The notes under the pieces were generated by a model, which made no database searches, was not told the origin of the DNA, and saw nothing but the letters and a program-made list of their open reading frames with translations. A stretch of DNA of 64,000 nucleotides, taken from assembly GCF_006345805.1 (NCBI RefSeq), contig NC_043026.1, positions 1,798,001 to 1,862,000 of the forward strand, written 5' to 3'. The DNA comes from Octopus sinensis (Eukaryota). Positions 63,548 through 64,000 of this stretch are shown here, piece by piece (position 1 is the first letter of the stretch; every line of letters begins with the position of its first letter). The position numbers and the translations under genes are program-made.

Positions 63548-64000
63548 TATAGAATTTTTCAATCAAACGGACAATGCACATTCTTATCCCTATTTCGTTT
63601 GCCAACATTATAAAGAGGGTAGATATACAGACAGAGAGGTTGATTTCATTCTTAAGAACACGATAGTAGTAAATTCACTCTCTGACTGTAGACTTTTTCA
63701 CTTTGTTATTTAGATCTGTCAGTGGGGAGGGGGATTTTATTTTTGGTTGGATGAAGACAAAGAATTTAAATAGATAGAAATATGGAGACAAAGAATTTAA
63801 ATAGATAGAAATATTTATTTTATCTATGAAAATATATTTTAGCTCATAGAAGAAAAAATAACATACTATAGTATATCATTACAGGAAAATTATCTAAAAC
63901 AAAACATATATATAAAATACATAATATACATTAAGTGAAGAATACTGTAATTTAATCTATATCCATTAAATTATTTAATTATGTATTTATTTAATAAACA

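Overview
Repeat-dominated, AT-rich animal genomic DNA with abundant microsatellites. The SINE/LINE repertoire looks like that of an octopod cephalopod (inference from recalled repeat families, not tested). The only host coding sequence I recognise is a 50-nt terminal exon at 7729-7778 (+) encoding GPSSLVDEVTGHLKLL*, the C-terminus of a peptidyl-tRNA hydrolase 2 (PTH2/Bit1 family) protein. It has a clean branch point, acceptor and poly(A) signal, and its upstream exons appear to lie outside the window. The rest is mostly mobile DNA: tRNA-derived SINEs, RTE, CR1-group and L1/Tx1 LINEs, HERO- and R4-like fragments, Penelope-like elements (PLEs), pogo and mariner relics, and MITEs. The most striking unexplained signal is a dense set of type I hammerhead ribozyme (HHR) motifs found by eye: about 14 with intact CUGANGA/GAAA cores plus about 6 decayed ones, from at least 8 unrelated sequence families. 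They sit in short non-coding repeats that are usually flanked by (TA)n and often form local inverted duplications, which suggests a large family of non-autonomous PLE-dependent, retrozyme-like foldback elements. Other highlights: a PHD-type C4HC3 finger inside an RTE reverse transcriptase, a twin-priming-like inverted RTE insertion that splits one SINE, a SINE-LINE shared 3' stem-loop with covariation, and an L1/Tx1 element embedded in (GATA)n. All folds and translations are manual. Repeat boundaries are approximate, and some inverted duplications could be long-read assembly artefacts.
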